From contig CAWBOC010000008.1 in the NCBI GenBank assembly GCA_963790305.1, positions 32,001-96,000 of the forward strand: a stretch of DNA of 64,000 nt. The letters are read 5' to 3'. This document shows positions 20,633-32,197 of this stretch, in pieces. The notes below the pieces were generated by a model. It worked only from the letters and a program-made list of their open reading frames with translations. It had not been told where the DNA came from and did no database searches. Position 1 is the first letter of the stretch, and each line of letters opens with the position of its first letter. The DNA is from an uncultured Gemmatimonadaceae bacterium. GTDB lineage: Bacteria; Gemmatimonadota; Gemmatimonadetes; Gemmatimonadales; Gemmatimonadaceae. A program made the translations under genes and the position numbers.

Positions 20633-22020
20633 AGCGGCTCACGCCCTTTTTCGCCTTCGCGACGCTCGCGCTCGCCGCGCTCCCCGCGCGCGCGCAGGCG
20701 CCACGCGAAGCACCGCCCGCACCGGGCGCGCCGAAAGACTTCACCCTTGCCGCGCTCCGCACGTTCGCGCTGCCTAACGGGCTCGAAGTCACCATGGCGC
20801 CGTACGGCAACACGCCCAAAGTCGCCGTCCGCCTCGTGATCCAGACCGGGAACGTCGATGAGACCGCCCAGACCACCTGGCTGGCCGACCTCACGCGCGA
20901 CCTGATGCTCGAGGGAACCACCACCCGCAGCTCGCAACAGATCGCCGAGGAAGCGGCGCAGTACGGGGGAGCCGTCGCGTTCAACGTCGGAATGAACGAA
21001 AGCTCTGTTGGCGCGGACGTGCTCTCGGAATTCGGCCCGAACATGGTGCGGCTCATTGCCGACATCGCACGGAACCCGAAATTCCCGGAGACCGAGCTCG
21101 CGCGCCTCAAGGCGAACCGCCTGCGTCAGATCACCGTGTCGAAGAGCCAGCAGCAGCAGCTCGCGAACGAGAAGTTCCTCGCCGTGCTCTACCCGAATCA
21201 TCCCTACGGGCGCCTCTTCCCCACCGAGTCGCAGGTCCAGGGCTACACGATCGACCAGGTGAAGGCGTTCCACGCCGCGAACTACGGCGCGCGGCGCTCC
21301 CAATTCTACGTCGTCGGCCGCTTCGACCCCGCCGCCATGGAGGCGGCAATTCGCCAGAGCCTCGGAGACTGGCAGCCAGGCACGGCGCCGGTGTTCAACG
21401 CTCCCGCTCCGAAGACGGCGCGCGTCATCCACGTCGTCGATCGGCCAGGCGCGGTGCAGAGCACGATCTACCTCGGCCTGCCCGTGGTCGATCCGTCACA
21501 CCCGGACTACGTCGCCCTCCGCGTCACCGACGCGATCCTCGGCGGCTCCTTCGGCTCGCGCATCACCAGCAACATTCGCGAGCAGAAGGGCTACACGTAC
21601 TCGCCGTTCAGCACGATCAACCCGTTTCTCAAGAACGCCTATTGGGCCGAGATCGCCGACGTGACGACGAACGTGACGGGCCCATCGCTGAAGGAGATCT
21701 TCTTCGAGATCGATCGCCTGCAGTCCGAGGCCCCTTCGGCACAGGAGCTTCAGTCGATTCAGCGATATCTGGCGGGGATCTTCGTACTTCAGAACTCGTC
21801 GCGGAACGGCATCATCAACCAGCTCCAGTTCACCGAGCTGCACGGCCTCGGCGAGAACTACCTGCGCGACCTGGTGCGGAAGATCTACGCGATAACACCA
21901 GCCGACGTGCAGCGCATCGCGCGCGAGTACCTGAAGGACGACACGATGACGATCGTCATCGCCGGCGACCGTCGCGTTATCGAAGAGCAGTTGAAGCCCT
22001 TCGGGTCCATCCTGCAGTAA
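20629..22020 (+). CDS. M16 peptidase, non-catalytic partner subunit
   Basis: LPNGL, no HxxEH, LGGSFGSR...NIREQKGYTYS; ATGA coupling to the upstream gene. Confidence 0.9.
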   Translation: MKRLTPFFAFATLALAALPARAQAPREAPPAPGAPKDFTLAALRTFALPNGLEVTMAPYGNTPKVAVRLVIQTGNVDETAQTTWLADLTRDLMLEGTTTRSSQQIAEEAAQYGGAVAFNVGMNESSVGADVLSEFGPNMVRLIADIARNPKFPETELARLKANRLRQITVSKSQQQQLANEKFLAVLYPNHPYGRLFPTESQVQGYTIDQVKAFHAANYGARRSQFYVVGRFDPAAMEAAIRQSLGDWQPGTAPVFNAPAPKTARVIHVVDRPGAVQSTIYLGLPVVDPSHPDYVALRVTDAILGGSFGSRITSNIREQKGYTYSPFSTINPFLKNAYWAEIADVTTNVTGPSLKEIFFEIDRLQSEAPSAQELQSIQRYLAGIFVLQNSSRNGIINQLQFTELHGLGENYLRDLVRKIYAITPADVQRIAREYLKDDTMTIVIAGDRRVIEEQLKPFGSILQ

Positions 22021-22023
22021 GGC

Positions 22024-22144
22024 GAATGCGGAAGGCGGAATGCGGATTCTTGTAAGACCGTAATTAAGGAGGGCTCCGAAAGACTATTCGGAGCCCTCCT
22101 TAGTTGCGGTCTTACAGGCAATCCGCATTCCGCATTCCGCATTC
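22024..22144. repeat. Family B copy 3 with 30-bp near-perfect inner stem; probable bidirectional terminator
   Basis: Heptamer arms enclosing TGTAAGACCGTAATTAAGGAGGGCTCCGAA-agacta-TTCGGAGCCCTCCTTAGTTGCGGTCTTACA between convergent genes. Confidence 0.85.
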
Positions 22145-22154
22145 ATACCCAGCC

Positions 22155-23079
22155 TTACTTCAATCTTTCTCCGCGATAAACCACTTCCCACTCGCGGACC
22201 TCTCCAGGCGCCACCCACTGCGCTCCGTTCCACCCGCCGAGTGCTTCACTGAGCGAGTCGGGAACGCCGATGCGCGGCGCGATCACCAGCGACGACGTGT
22301 TCGCTCCGCCGCCGAACGGGGCCCACCCGCGCCGCTCCACGCTCACCTCGACGTTGGCGATGCGGGACGCGTCGAACTCCACGTGCAGGCGATGCGCACC
22401 TTCCGTGACCGACGCGCGCCCGGCCGCGACGTCCACGAACAGCGTGCAGGAGAACTTCCGCGCGACGGCGTCGGGCTTGGAGAAGTCCACGATCGCCTTT
22501 GCGCTCCGGAGCTTGGGCCATCGGTGCTCCGCGCCGACGCCGAGGAGATCGATGCCCTGCTGCGCGCCGATGCGCGTGCGAGCGGTGTCGGGGAGCTCGA
22601 CCGTCGTGGCCTCGCCGAGTGGTAGAGTGGCGCGCGCACCCCAGAGAAAGGGCAGCTTTTCCTTGCCTTCATTGCTCAGCGAATAGCGCATGATCACCGC
22701 GTCGGACGCCACGCGAAGCTCGCGGGCGTAACGCCACGGGGCGCGCTCACCCGTCCACTCGGTCACCGCCCGAAGCGCAGCGGCGCCTTCCTCGGGATCG
22801 TGCGTCTCCATCGTGAACGAGGGAGCGCGCGCGGCGATCTCTCCGCCGGCGGGGAGCGACTGTCCGCCGAGCGAAGGAATCCCCGACGAGAATGGTGCAT
22901 GCGGCAACGGTGGGAAAGCACTCCGCGATTCCGCCCCGGTCACCGTCAGCCAGCCACTGCCGGCCACCGAGATCGAGGGCGATGATGCGCCCGCCCTGGG
23001 CGGGAACGAAGGCGACGCGCGCATTCTCGGCGCTCAGCTCGACGATGCCCGGCGGCGTTGCGACGTTTGCCCGGCTCAT
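22155..23079 (-). CDS. Galactose mutarotase/aldose-1-epimerase-like protein; frameshift near 22870
   Basis: P..GGRI..L...GRQWL, GG..ECFPTV, Y.L.N.....LPFLW, PGE.REW. Confidence 0.65.
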
Positions 23080-23089
23080 CGCTCCCACC

Positions 23090-24298
23090 TCACCTGATGT
23101 CCGCCCGACCGATGCCGCGCGTAGCAAGTACGCGGGAAACCGCGTCTCCGATCTTGTTGTTCGGTGTGCTCGCCCCGGCAGTGATGCCCACGCGCAGCGC
23201 GCCCGAGGGAGCGAGCCATTCGGAAGTCTCCGTTTCCGCCTTTTGGGTAGCATCCCAATGCCGAACCGTTCCCCGCTCGGGGTCGATGCACGTCGCATCC
23301 TCCACGTGGTACGTCGCTACCTTCGTCGCGCAGATCGCCGCGAGCGAGATCGTGTTGCTCGAGTTGTAGCCGCCAATGACGAGCATCGCGTCGAGTGGCT
23401 CGCGCAGCAGCTCGTCCACCGCATCCTGCCGATCCTGCGTCGCCGAGCAGATCGTGTCGAAGGACCGGAAATGGAAGGCGCGGTGGCTGTCGCCAAAGGC
23501 GCGCGCCATCGCGTCCCCCACGGCCTCCGCGATCGCCAGCGATTCACGCGCGAGCATGGTCGTCTGATTGGCGACGCCGATCCTCGCCAGGTGCTGCTCG
23601 GGATCGAATCCGGGGCCGGCACCCTTGCCGAGCTGCCCCATGAGACCCTCGCGATCCAGCGTTCCTTCAATGTACTGACAGACCAGCCGCGCTTCGGCCA
23701 TGTCACGCACGATCAGATACTGTCCCCCGGAGAACTTGGTCACCTGCGATGCCGTCGCGCGCGTCTCCTCATGGTAGTACTTCCCATGAATGAGGGCGGT
23801 GAACCCGTCTTTCGCGTAGCTCTCGACGCGCTTCCAGACGTTGAGCACCGATCCGCAGGTCGTGTCGACGACGACGCAGCCGATCGCCCGAAGTAGCTCG
23901 AAGTCACGAATGGTGACGCCGAACGCGGGCAGGATGACGACGTCCTGTGGACCGACCGTCGAGTAGTCGAACGCACCCTGCTCCGGCTGCAGGATGGTGA
24001 TTCCCATCGAGCGGAGCTTGGCGTTGACGTGCGGATTGTGGATGATCTCGCCGACGAGGAAGATGCGGCGATCGGGGAACTTGCTGCGGGTCTGGTACGC
24101 GTACTCGACGGCTCGCTCGACCCCGTAGCAGAACCCGAACTCCCTGGCGAGCCTGATGGTGACGTCTCCAATCGAGAGCGTTCCCTCTCGCTCGCGCAGG
24201 AGATCGACGAGCCCCCCGGAGTAGTCCGCGTCGAGCGTTCCCTGCACGGCCGACTTGAGGCCGAATCCTTTGCGGTAGTACGTCTCGGACGAGGACAT
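23090..24298 (-). CDS. ispH: 4-hydroxy-3-methylbut-2-enyl diphosphate reductase
   Basis: FGFCYGVERA, EIIHNP, DTTC, NQTT, TICSATQDRQ, GG.NSSN, GITAGASTP. Confidence 0.97.
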   Translation of the reverse strand: MSSSETYYRKGFGLKSAVQGTLDADYSGGLVDLLREREGTLSIGDVTIRLAREFGFCYGVERAVEYAYQTRSKFPDRRIFLVGEIIHNPHVNAKLRSMGITILQPEQGAFDYSTVGPQDVVILPAFGVTIRDFELLRAIGCVVVDTTCGSVLNVWKRVESYAKDGFTALIHGKYYHEETRATASQVTKFSGGQYLIVRDMAEARLVCQYIEGTLDREGLMGQLGKGAGPGFDPEQHLARIGVANQTTMLARESLAIAEAVGDAMARAFGDSHRAFHFRSFDTICSATQDRQDAVDELLREPLDAMLVIGGYNSSNTISLAAICATKVATYHVEDATCIDPERGTVRHWDATQKAETETSEWLAPSGALRVGITAGASTPNNKIGDAVSRVLATRGIGRADIR

Positions 24299-24380
24299 GA
24301 TCGGAATCTAGTCCTGAGGGGAGGCTTCCCACAGGGACGAGTGAGTCGGGCGAATGTGATGCGTGTCGCTCATCGCGCAT

Positions 24381-24501
24381 CGAGCCGAACTGCATCACCA
24401 CGGAGGCACAGAGGACACAGAGGACGCCCAATTCCAAAGGCCCATGGAGTTGGCCGTCCTCTGTGTCCTCTGTGCCTCTGTGGTGATGCAGTTTAGACTC
24501 G
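24381..24501. repeat. Inverted 9-nt repeat hairpin, family C copy 1
   Basis: AACTGCATCACCACGGAGGCACAGAGGACACAGAGGAC...GTCCTCTGTGTCCTCTGTGCCTCTGTGGTGATGCAGTT. Confidence 0.9.
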
Positions 24502-24704
24502 TGGTGCGACCGGCCATCGTTAGGCACCCCCCGACTCCCAGCGGAGGTTCCCACCGTACCATCTACGGCCGCTCCGATGGTTAAGCCTCTCAGGATGCCC
24601 AGAACACCCGTTCGACGGCCCCTCTTCGGGCATTTTGACATGCTCCCTCCGAGCCCCCCGGCCGGGTACATTCAAGGGCCTTGTCGCACCCGCCATCCCT
24701 CCCC

Positions 24705-25691
24705 ATGACATCCGAAGTTTCCGAAGGCCTCCCGCCGCTCGTTCGTCCCCCCGCTCTCCAGAAGGGCGACGCGATCGGCGTCGTGGCGCCATCGTACTCA
24801 CCGCGCGAAGGGTGGCTCATGCGCGGCGTGAAAGCGCTCGAGCGCGCGGGATATCCGGTGCTGCTCGATCCCGAGATCAACGAGATCCGACGCTTCCAGC
24901 GCCGCGAGGATGAGCGGCGCGCGGAGAACTTCACCGGGATGTGGCTGGATCCGCGGGTCAAGGCCGTCATCGGTGGAACCGGTGGCTATGGCGCCGTTCG
25001 CATGCTGCCGCATCTCGATCCGGAAGTGTTCCGCCGAAATCCGAAGGCCTTCGTCGGCTACTCGGACATCACCGCGCTGCACCTCTGGCTCATGCGGCGC
25101 GCGGGACTTCGCGTCTTCCACGGTCCCACCGTCGACGATCTCATCCCGAGCACGCGCGATCCCAGCATGGCCGGCCTCATTCAGGCGCTCACCAATCCGC
25201 GCCCCTCCTCGCGGATCGGCCGCGGCATGGCGCGCGCGATGCGGCCTGGACATGCGGTCGGGCGCCTCATCGGCGGAAACCTGTCGCTCGTCCAGCAAAC
25301 CATCGGCACGCCGTATGAGGTCGACACGCGCGACGCAATCCTCTTTCTCGAGGAGACGCGCGACCCCATGTCGGTCACCGACGAGCGGCTCGTGCACCTG
25401 CGCGCCGCTGGGCTGCTGCGCCACGTCCGCGGTATCGTCTTCGGCCAGCTGTCGATCGACCGCTCCGAGGAAGACGAGTTCGAGGACTTCCTCCTCGACC
25501 TCGTCGCGGACTTGAATGTGCCCGTGTTGATGGACTTCCCCGCCGGCCACGAAGTCCCGAACCTCACCCTGCCGCTCGGGACCGACGTCGAGTTGGTCGT
25601 CGAGGACAACACGGGCTGGCTTTCCTATCGCGAAGACGCGCTCGAAGCGAGTGAGGAGACGTCGCCGCTCCTGGTTGGTGCGGCGCCGTGA
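24705..25691 (+). CDS. LD-carboxypeptidase (peptidase S66)
   Basis: L..GD.I..VAPS, GGYGA.R, GYSDIT, GGNL, ILFLEE, GH. Confidence 0.92.
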   Translation: MTSEVSEGLPPLVRPPALQKGDAIGVVAPSYSPREGWLMRGVKALERAGYPVLLDPEINEIRRFQRREDERRAENFTGMWLDPRVKAVIGGTGGYGAVRMLPHLDPEVFRRNPKAFVGYSDITALHLWLMRRAGLRVFHGPTVDDLIPSTRDPSMAGLIQALTNPRPSSRIGRGMARAMRPGHAVGRLIGGNLSLVQQTIGTPYEVDTRDAILFLEETRDPMSVTDERLVHLRAAGLLRHVRGIVFGQLSIDRSEEDEFEDFLLDLVADLNVPVLMDFPAGHEVPNLTLPLGTDVELVVEDNTGWLSYREDALEASEETSPLLVGAAP

Positions 25692-27404
25692 CTGATCGGC
25701 CCGCAATGCGCCGGCGCGATTTCCTCGCGGCGGCCGGGGCCGCATTGGCATCACTCGGCTGCGGGGGCCGCGTTGGGCTTCCCGGACGCTCGCGATGGGA
25801 TCTCGTCGTTCGAAACGGCACCATCATCGACGGATCGGGCGGCGCACCCTTCGAAGGTGACGTCGCGATCGCCGACGGCCGCATCGCTGCCATCGGTCGA
25901 TCGCTGAGTGGGAGCGCAGGGGAGGAGATCGATGCGCGCGGGCTCGCCGTCGCCCCAGGCTTCATCGACATTCACTCGCACGCCGATGGAACGCTGTTCG
26001 ACGATCCGCGCGCCGAGTCGGTGATCCGCCAGGGCGTGACCACGGTGATCGTCGGGCAGGACGGAGGCTCCCGTGGCCCGTCCCGCGACGACCCCAGCGC
26101 TCGCACGCAGGTTCGGCGCTCGCTCCGCGCCCACGGTCCCTTTTCGTCGTTAGGCGATTTCCTCGCCGCGGTCGACGCGCTGCCCCCCGCCGTGAACGTC
26201 GCGTCGATGGTGGGACTGGGGACGGTGCGCGGGATCGTCGTCGGCAACGACGACCGGCCGGCGACTCCCGCCGAGCTCGCGCGGATGCGGTCGCTGGTGA
26301 GCGCGGCCATCGAGCATGGTGCATGCGGCGCCTCGTCGGGGCTCGAGTACGTGCCCGGCGCGTTCGCGTCGCAGCAAGAGCTCGCCGCGGTGTGCGGGCC
26401 GCTCGCCGCGGCGAGACTCCCGTACGCCACGCACATGCGCAACGAGGACGACCGCCTGCTCGACTCGCTGGACGAGTCCATTGCGGTTGCGCGGGCAGCC
26501 GGCTGTCCACTTCAGGTCTCGCACCTCAAGACGCAGGGACCGCGGAACTGGCCAAAGATCGACGCCGCCCTCGACCGCCTCGAGAAGGCGCGCGCCTCCG
26601 GACTCGATGTGGCGTTCGACCGGTATCCCTACGTCGCGTACCAGACAGGGCTCACCAATCTCTTTCCGGCATGGAGCCGCGATGGAGGGACGCAGCGTTT
26701 CCTCGCCCGGCTTCGTGACTCGGCGACCGCCACCCGCATCCGCGATGAAGCGCTGGCGAAGGTCGAGCTCATCGGCGGCTGGGACAACGTCCAGATCACG
26801 TCGGTGAGCAACGACGCCGATCGCGCGGCTGAAGGCCAGCGGCTCGGCGCCTGGGCCAAGGCGTTCTCGCGCCGATCCCTATCAAGCGGCGGTTGGATTG
26901 CTCGAGCGCAGTGGCGGAGACGTGGGCATGGTCGGGTTCGCGATGAGCGAGGACAACATCGCGCGCTTCCTCGCGCACCCGCTCGGGATGGTGTGCAGCG
27001 ATGGCGGCGCATTCGCGACCGAGGGGCCGGCGCGTCGCGGCCATCCTCACCCGCGCTCACTCGGCTCCTTCCCGCGGGTGTTGGGACACTACGTCCGCGA
27101 GCGACGCGCGCTGCCTCTCGAGGACGCCGTGCGGAAGATGAGCGCCTTTCCGGCGTCGCGAGTGCGACTCACCGATCGCGGGCATGCTGCGACAGGGGCT
27201 TGCGGCGGACGTCGTCGTGTTCGACCCGGCGACAGTCACCGACCGCGCGACCTTCGCCGAGCCGTTTCGTTATGCGGAGGGAATCCGGGTCGTCATCGTC
27301 AACGGAGTGACCGCCCTGCGCGACGGCGAACGCGCCGAGCGACGGGCGGGCCGCGGCTCTACGGCCGGTACAGCAAGGGCGCTAAGGGCGTCGAGCGCCC
27401 CTAG
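25688..27404 (+). CDS. N-acyl-D-amino-acid deacylase (D-aminoacylase) with Tat signal; frameshifts, 3' end uncertain
   Basis: RRDFL Tat motif; APGFIDIHSH, QGVTT..VGQDG, SSGLEY.PG, HMRNE, SHLK, HPR..GSFPRVLG. Confidence 0.9.
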
Positions 27405-27430
27405 CGCCCCTAGCGCCCCTAGCGCCTCTG
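27377..27430. repeat. 9-nt repeat, family D copy 1 (short, asymmetric)
   Basis: GGGCGCTAAGGGCG then (AGCGCCCCT)x3 AGCGCCTCT at a convergent junction. Confidence 0.75.
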
Positions 27431-28030
27431 CTCTTCGCTGTCCTTCATCTCGACATAGCCCGCGAAGCGAGCCGATACGGTGCTCCGCGCGACGCCGTTC
27501 AGGAGCTGGTAGTCGAAGTCGCCGGTGACGATCGACGCCTGACGAACCTGAATGAGATCGCCAGCACGCCAGGTGTCGGCCTGCGGCCGGTGCGGCAGGT
27601 AGATCTCCCACATCGTCCCGTCGGCCAGCATGATGAAGGTCGATCCATCCATCGACCGCAGCATCTGCGCGCCATTCGGCAGCTTGTGTGGAAGCCACGG
27701 CTTCCCCGTTAGGCTCGGCTGCTCGGCCTGGCGCATGGGCGCCTGACGAGATGGCTCCGCGCGCGGCGCGAGATCGGCGCGCGGGGAATCGGTCTCGCGG
27801 GCGGGCAAGCGGTCGATGCGACGTGCGACCGCGGCCACGGTTCCGGTGTAGCGGGCGAGCCAGCGCTCGAGACTCTGGCGCTGCGCGACGCTGAGGTTGG
27901 CGACCCCCGTCGCCATCTGATCCTGTGCCGACATGACCTCATCGAGCTTGACGTCAGATGCCTGCGCGAGCAGCGCGCATGGCATCGACACGAGAGCTAC
28001 GAGGAGCGCCGACAGAATACGAGTGCGCAT
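27419..28030 (-). CDS. Hypothetical secreted protein
   Basis: [10 protein letters not shown]; signal peptide MRTRILSALLVALVS; fused to the upstream peptidase in the ORF track only through a frameshift. Confidence 0.7.
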   Translation of the reverse strand: MRTRILSALLVALVSMPCALLAQASDVKLDEVMSAQDQMATGVANLSVAQRQSLERWLARYTGTVAAVARRIDRLPARETDSPRADLAPRAEPSRQAPMRQAEQPSLTGKPWLPHKLPNGAQMLRSMDGSTFIMLADGTMWEIYLPHRPQADTWRAGDLIQVRQASIVTGDFDYQLLNGVARSTVSARFAGYVEMKDSEEQRR

Positions 28031-28090
28031 AACGTCCTCCTCTGGTTGCTGAGGAGAACATGGAGAAGTGTGCCATGGGAAAGCAATGAG

Positions 28091-28221
28091 GATTGCGGAT
28101 TGCGGAATGCGGAACCTAAGTCCGAGCGCGTATCCGCTGCTCAGCAATTGGGCAGCGCATGACCTTGCTCGGACTTCTTGACGTGCATATCCGCGCTCCG
28201 CATTCCGCGATTCCGCATTCG
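28091..28221. repeat. Inverted heptamer-repeat hairpin, family B copy 4
   Basis: GATTGCGGATTGCGGAATGCGGAA...TCCGCATTCCGCGATTCCGCATTC with inner stems. Confidence 0.8.
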
Positions 28222-30215
28222 CTAAGGCGCTTCCCACGTGATTGTTCCGCCGATCCATATCCGGAAACGCGAGCTCCGGATCGATCTCCACCGCGCGCAC
28301 GGTGGCGGCGCTTGCGATGCGGGCCGTCTGCGTGCGGGCGCCGGCCAGCCAGGGGTCGACCGGAAGCTCCAGCCGTTCCGTGCGGCCGTCGGTGCGCGTG
28401 ATGGCGAGCCGGACGGGCATTGGCGCGAGACCGCGGTCCTCGATCGTCACCAGCAGCGTGCCGCCCTCCTCGCGCGCGCCGCTCACCGCCTGGTCGAGCG
28501 TCCAGGTCTCGAACCACCACGTGGTCCAGAACCAGTCGAGGTCGCGGCCCGCGACGTCCTCGACCGTATTCCAGAAGTCGTACGGTGTCGGATGCTTGTT
28601 GATCCACCTCCGCCCGTACTCGCGGTAGGCGCGCAGGAAGAGGTCGTCGCCGAGGAGAGCCCGAAGAGAGCGAAGGTTGATCGCCATCTTGTCGTAGCTG
28701 GCGATGCCGAACGCCGGCGATCCAATGGGATACAGGTCGCCGTGTCGCATGAGCTCGACCTCGGTGCCGGCGCGCGCGAGGCTCAGGTAGTTATCCCGGG
28801 ACAGCCGCTCGCGATCGTAGCCGGGGAAGAATTCCTGCATCCCCTGCGCCTGATTGAAGCGCGTGAGCCCTTCGTCCTGCCAGGAGTACCGCTTCTCGTC
28901 CGAGCCGACCTGCATCGGAAACCACATGTGCGCGATCTCGTGCACCGTCACCGAATACAGGGCGAGCGTGTCGCGCCGCCCGCCGATGCACGTCATCATC
29001 GGATACTCCATCCCGCTGCAGGAGACGACGCCATCGACCGCCGTCATGTGCGGGTACGGATAGGGCCACAGGTAGCGGGACAGAAACTCGATGGAGTGCT
29101 GCGCATAACGAGCCGACTGGTCCCATGCCCATGCTCGGCGCTGCGGACGCCAGAATGTATGAATGGCGGCGGTGTCCGGGCGCCCGTCACCGGTCGCGTC
29201 CCCCGCCACGGCGACGGTGGCGTCCCACAGGTACTTGTCCGAGGTGCCGAAGGCGAAATCGCGAACGTTGGTCGCGTGGAAGCGCCAGGTGAGCTTGCCA
29301 TCCCGCCCGCGCGGCGTCGCCTTCCCCGCGCCACGATCCGCCTCGGCGACGACATGCGTGATGTCGCGTGATCGACGGGCCGAATCGAGCCGGGCGCGCG
29401 TCTGCGCGCTCAGTACCTCGGTGGCGTTGGTCAGCTCTCCGGTCGCGGCGACGAGCCATCCTTCAGGGACAGTGATCGAGACGTCGTAATCGCCGTATCC
29501 CATGTAGAACTCGGCGGTTCCCATGTACGGGTCGGTCTGCCAGCGGCGAGCGACATCGTCGTAGACGGCGAACTGCGGATACCAGTACGCGATGTACGCA
29601 ATCTCTCCATCGTCGCCCCCACGCGGCGCGCCGTCCGGCGGCACGGTGTACTGCCATTCGACATCGAGCTGCACGGTGGCGCCTGGCAGAATGCGAGCCG
29701 GGGGCCGCACGCGAAGGATCGTCGAGGAAACCTCGTATCCCGTGGCGGTGTCGTTAGGTGCTTCCCCGACCGGCCGGCCGTCGATGGCAACGCGCCGCAG
29801 CTCGACGCCGCCAGTCACCGGCACCGCTTCGTTTCGAATCGCGTCGGGAGCGAAGAGATTCGCGTAGAGATGGAGAAAGACGTTTCGGAGCGTGTCCGGC
29901 GAGCGATTGGTGTATCGCATCGTGCCGCGACCGGTCAGACGCTTGGTCGCGGGGTCGTACGTCGCCTCGAGCCGATAGGTGGAATACTGCTGCCAGTAGT
30001 TCGGCCCCGGCCGCCCCGTTCGGGTTCGCGTTCCACGCTCGACCGCGCGGGCGAAGTCACTGGTCTCGAAAACCGGGTACGGACGCGGTCGCCCTGGCGC
30101 CGCGGCGGCCGCACCGCGGATGCGCTACCGGTGGTCGCTCGGCCGTCTGCGGCTTGGTGGCGCAACGCAGGCGAGCCAACAACGCCACGGCCATCCCGCA
30201 ATCCGAAATCCGCAT
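28222..30215 (-). CDS. M1 family zinc metallopeptidase; frameshifts at both ends, start uncertain
   Basis: PGPNYWQQ, Y.N.SPD.L, GMEYPM, HEIAH-x18-E (DEG); shifted frame gives a stop at 28222. Confidence 0.88.
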
Positions 30216-30224
30216 TCCGCAATC
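30196..30224. repeat. Half element of heptamer family B at the M1 peptidase start
   Basis: CCGCAATCCGAAATCCGCATTCCGCAATC. Confidence 0.65.
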
Positions 30225-30235
30225 CTCGCGTGGAC

Positions 30236-30682
30236 CTACGCCGCCTTCCGAGCCTCTTCCGGCGCCATCACGAACTGCTCCACGGCACGCGCGACCTCGG
30301 CGGGGAGTGGCTTCTTCTGGAACGTTGACCGCGATACGCAGACCAGCACCTGATGCGCCGTGGCATGGAGCACGCCCTCGGCGCTCATGACGTCGAAGTT
30401 GATGGTGAGCGACGTGGTGCCGATGCGGCTGAAGTAGGTGACGACCTTGAGCCGCTCGTCGAGCAGGGCCGGCGAGAAAAACTCGGTGTGCATGATCTTC
30501 CGCGGAAGCCACATGTCGTAGCGGTCGAACATTTCCTTGAAGGGGAGCCCCGCGGCGCGGAAGATCTCGGTCTCCGCCAGCTCGAAGAACCGAATGTACG
30601 CGCCGTAGCAGATGATGCCGGCGAGATCGATGTCGCCCCATCGGACGTACTCGGAGATGATGAAGGGCTTTTTCGGCGGCAT
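30236..30682 (-). CDS. Acyl-CoA thioesterase (4HBT/YbgC hot-dog fold)
   Basis: VRWGDID.AGI..YG.Y.RFFE.AE, F.SPA.LD. Confidence 0.88.
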   Translation of the reverse strand: MPPKKPFIISEYVRWGDIDLAGIICYGAYIRFFELAETEIFRAAGLPFKEMFDRYDMWLPRKIMHTEFFSPALLDERLKVVTYFSRIGTTSLTINFDVMSAEGVLHATAHQVLVCVSRSTFQKKPLPAEVARAVEQFVMAPEEARKAA

Positions 30683-30695
30683 GGCTACCTCGACT

Positions 30696-31346
30696 TCAGG
30701 TCGTCGAGGTCGTCAAGGGTGTCGAGGTGATCGAGGAGCAGGCGACGACGTTCCCTCGATCACCTCGACGACCTCGAGCACCCTCGACCACTCTTGCCTT
30801 CTTCCAGTACTCCGGAACGAGGAAGGGCGCCAACGCATACGTAATCAGCGCCTCGTACGCACGCTGCCGGTCGATGAGGCCGAGGGTGAGCAAACCGACG
30901 GCGCCCTGCGCCTGCTTCACGTTCTGCGTTCCGGCCACGCGATCCATCGCGTGGCCGAGCTCGAGGCCGCCGCGCACCAGCTCCGCGACGACCGGCGGGA
31001 GAGGCATGGCAAGCGAGCCTCCTCGTCCCTCGCGATCGCGGCCGTCGACGACGACGGCCCACGCGCAGGTGCGCAGGCCGTCGTCCTCTTCGACCACTCC
31101 GCCCTCGAGCCCGATCCCGAGGTCGGCGCCAAGCGATTCGCGAGCGGCGACCGCGCGAGAGCGGGCGCCGCGGATCGTCTCGTCATCACCCCACGGCTGG
31201 TCGCGCACCGTCGACGGTACCGCGATGCCTTCGACCCGCGCCGCAGGCGTCACCCGCCCGATCACGGCGCGCGCGGCGCCGATCTTCACCGGATTGGTCG
31301 ATCCGACGGCGACGAGGTGGACGCCGGGGAGGAGGTCGGAGGTCAT
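30696..31346 (-). CDS. yjjX: Inosine/xanthosine triphosphatase (DUF84); frame runs through repeat A3
   Basis: VGSTNPVKI, V.S.V..QP....ET..GA..RA, GIGLEGG, ELG..MD, GAVG.LT.G. Confidence 0.88.
   Translation of the reverse strand: MTSDLLPGVHLVAVGSTNPVKIGAARAVIGRVTPAARVEGIAVPSTVRDQPWGDDETIRGARSRAVAARESLGADLGIGLEGGVVEEDDGLRTCAWAVVVDGRDREGRGGSLAMPLPPVVAELVRGGLELGHAMDRVAGTQNVKQAQGAVGLLTLGLIDRQRAYEALITYALAPFLVPEYWKKARVVEGARGRRGDRGNVVACSSITSTPLTTSTT
30698..30792. repeat. Inverted 9-nt tandem-repeat hairpin, family A copy 3
   Basis: Core GTGATCGAGGAGCAGGCGACGACGTTCCCTCGATCACC. Confidence 0.85.
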
Positions 31347-31549
31347 ATGCCGCGGAATGTCGTCGATCGGTCGTCCGTCGTCCAGCGCACCGAGGGAATC
31401 GCGAAGCCTGGCGAGCCTCCGGGGTGCCTAACGACGGCTCCGGATCGCCGGGTGACGAGGGTCACGTCGCGCGCGTCGAGCCCGGATTTTGGCCGCTTGA
31501 TTCGCTCGACCGACCGGGATATGCTTTGTCCCCCGCGCGAAATTACTTC

Positions 31550-32187
31550 ATGTCGCTCCCACTCACAGCCATGCACGACGTCGTTCCGTTCGCCTTCCTG
31601 GGCGAGCGGCTCTGGCTGGACTTCGTCAATACCGACGACGCGCGCCGCGGGAGCCGCGTCGATCTCCTTCGAGATTTCGACGCGCTGGTGCGCTGGCTCG
31701 AAGGTGCCGCGGTACTGGACGGAGAGCGGGGTGGTGGTATTCGCCGGCGCGCACTTCAGCAGCCCGCGGGGGCGACCGCCGCGCTTGCGGACGCGCGGCG
31801 CATTCGAGCGGCGCTGCGATCGCTCGCCGAGCGCGGCATGCACGTGGTCGAGGTGCGCCTGAACGCGGTGAACGAGATCAACCGCGTCCTTGGCCGAAGC
31901 GCCGGCACGCGGCGCCTCGAGGCGCGCGGCGATGGGACGTTCCAGCGTTCCTTCGTTCCGGTGGGCGATGCCTTCGCCGGCCTGATGATCCCGATCGTCG
32001 AATCGGCGGCCGACGCGCTGGTCCTGGGCGAGCTCGTGCGCGTGCGCCGCTGCGCTGACGGGAGATGTCCCCGCGTGTTCTTTGATGGGACGAAGAACGG
32101 CAGGAGGCGGTGGTGCGACATGGCGACGTGCGGGAATAGAGCAAAGGCGGCGCGACACCGCCAAAAGGTGATGACGTCACGTTCTGA
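31550..32187 (+). CDS. ABATE/CGNR zinc-finger protein; probable stop near 32187 after a frameshift
   Basis: L.LDFVNT, RRC...RC..VF.D.TKNGRRRWC.M..CGNRAK...HR. Confidence 0.88.
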
Positions 32188-32197
32188 AGAACGGCAA

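Noticed and set aside
27419..29920. 833-aa peptidase fusion in the ORF track
   Set aside because: The frame crosses a repeat hairpin and a second RBS plus signal peptide; a one-base shift near 28240 restores a stop at 28222, giving two genes.
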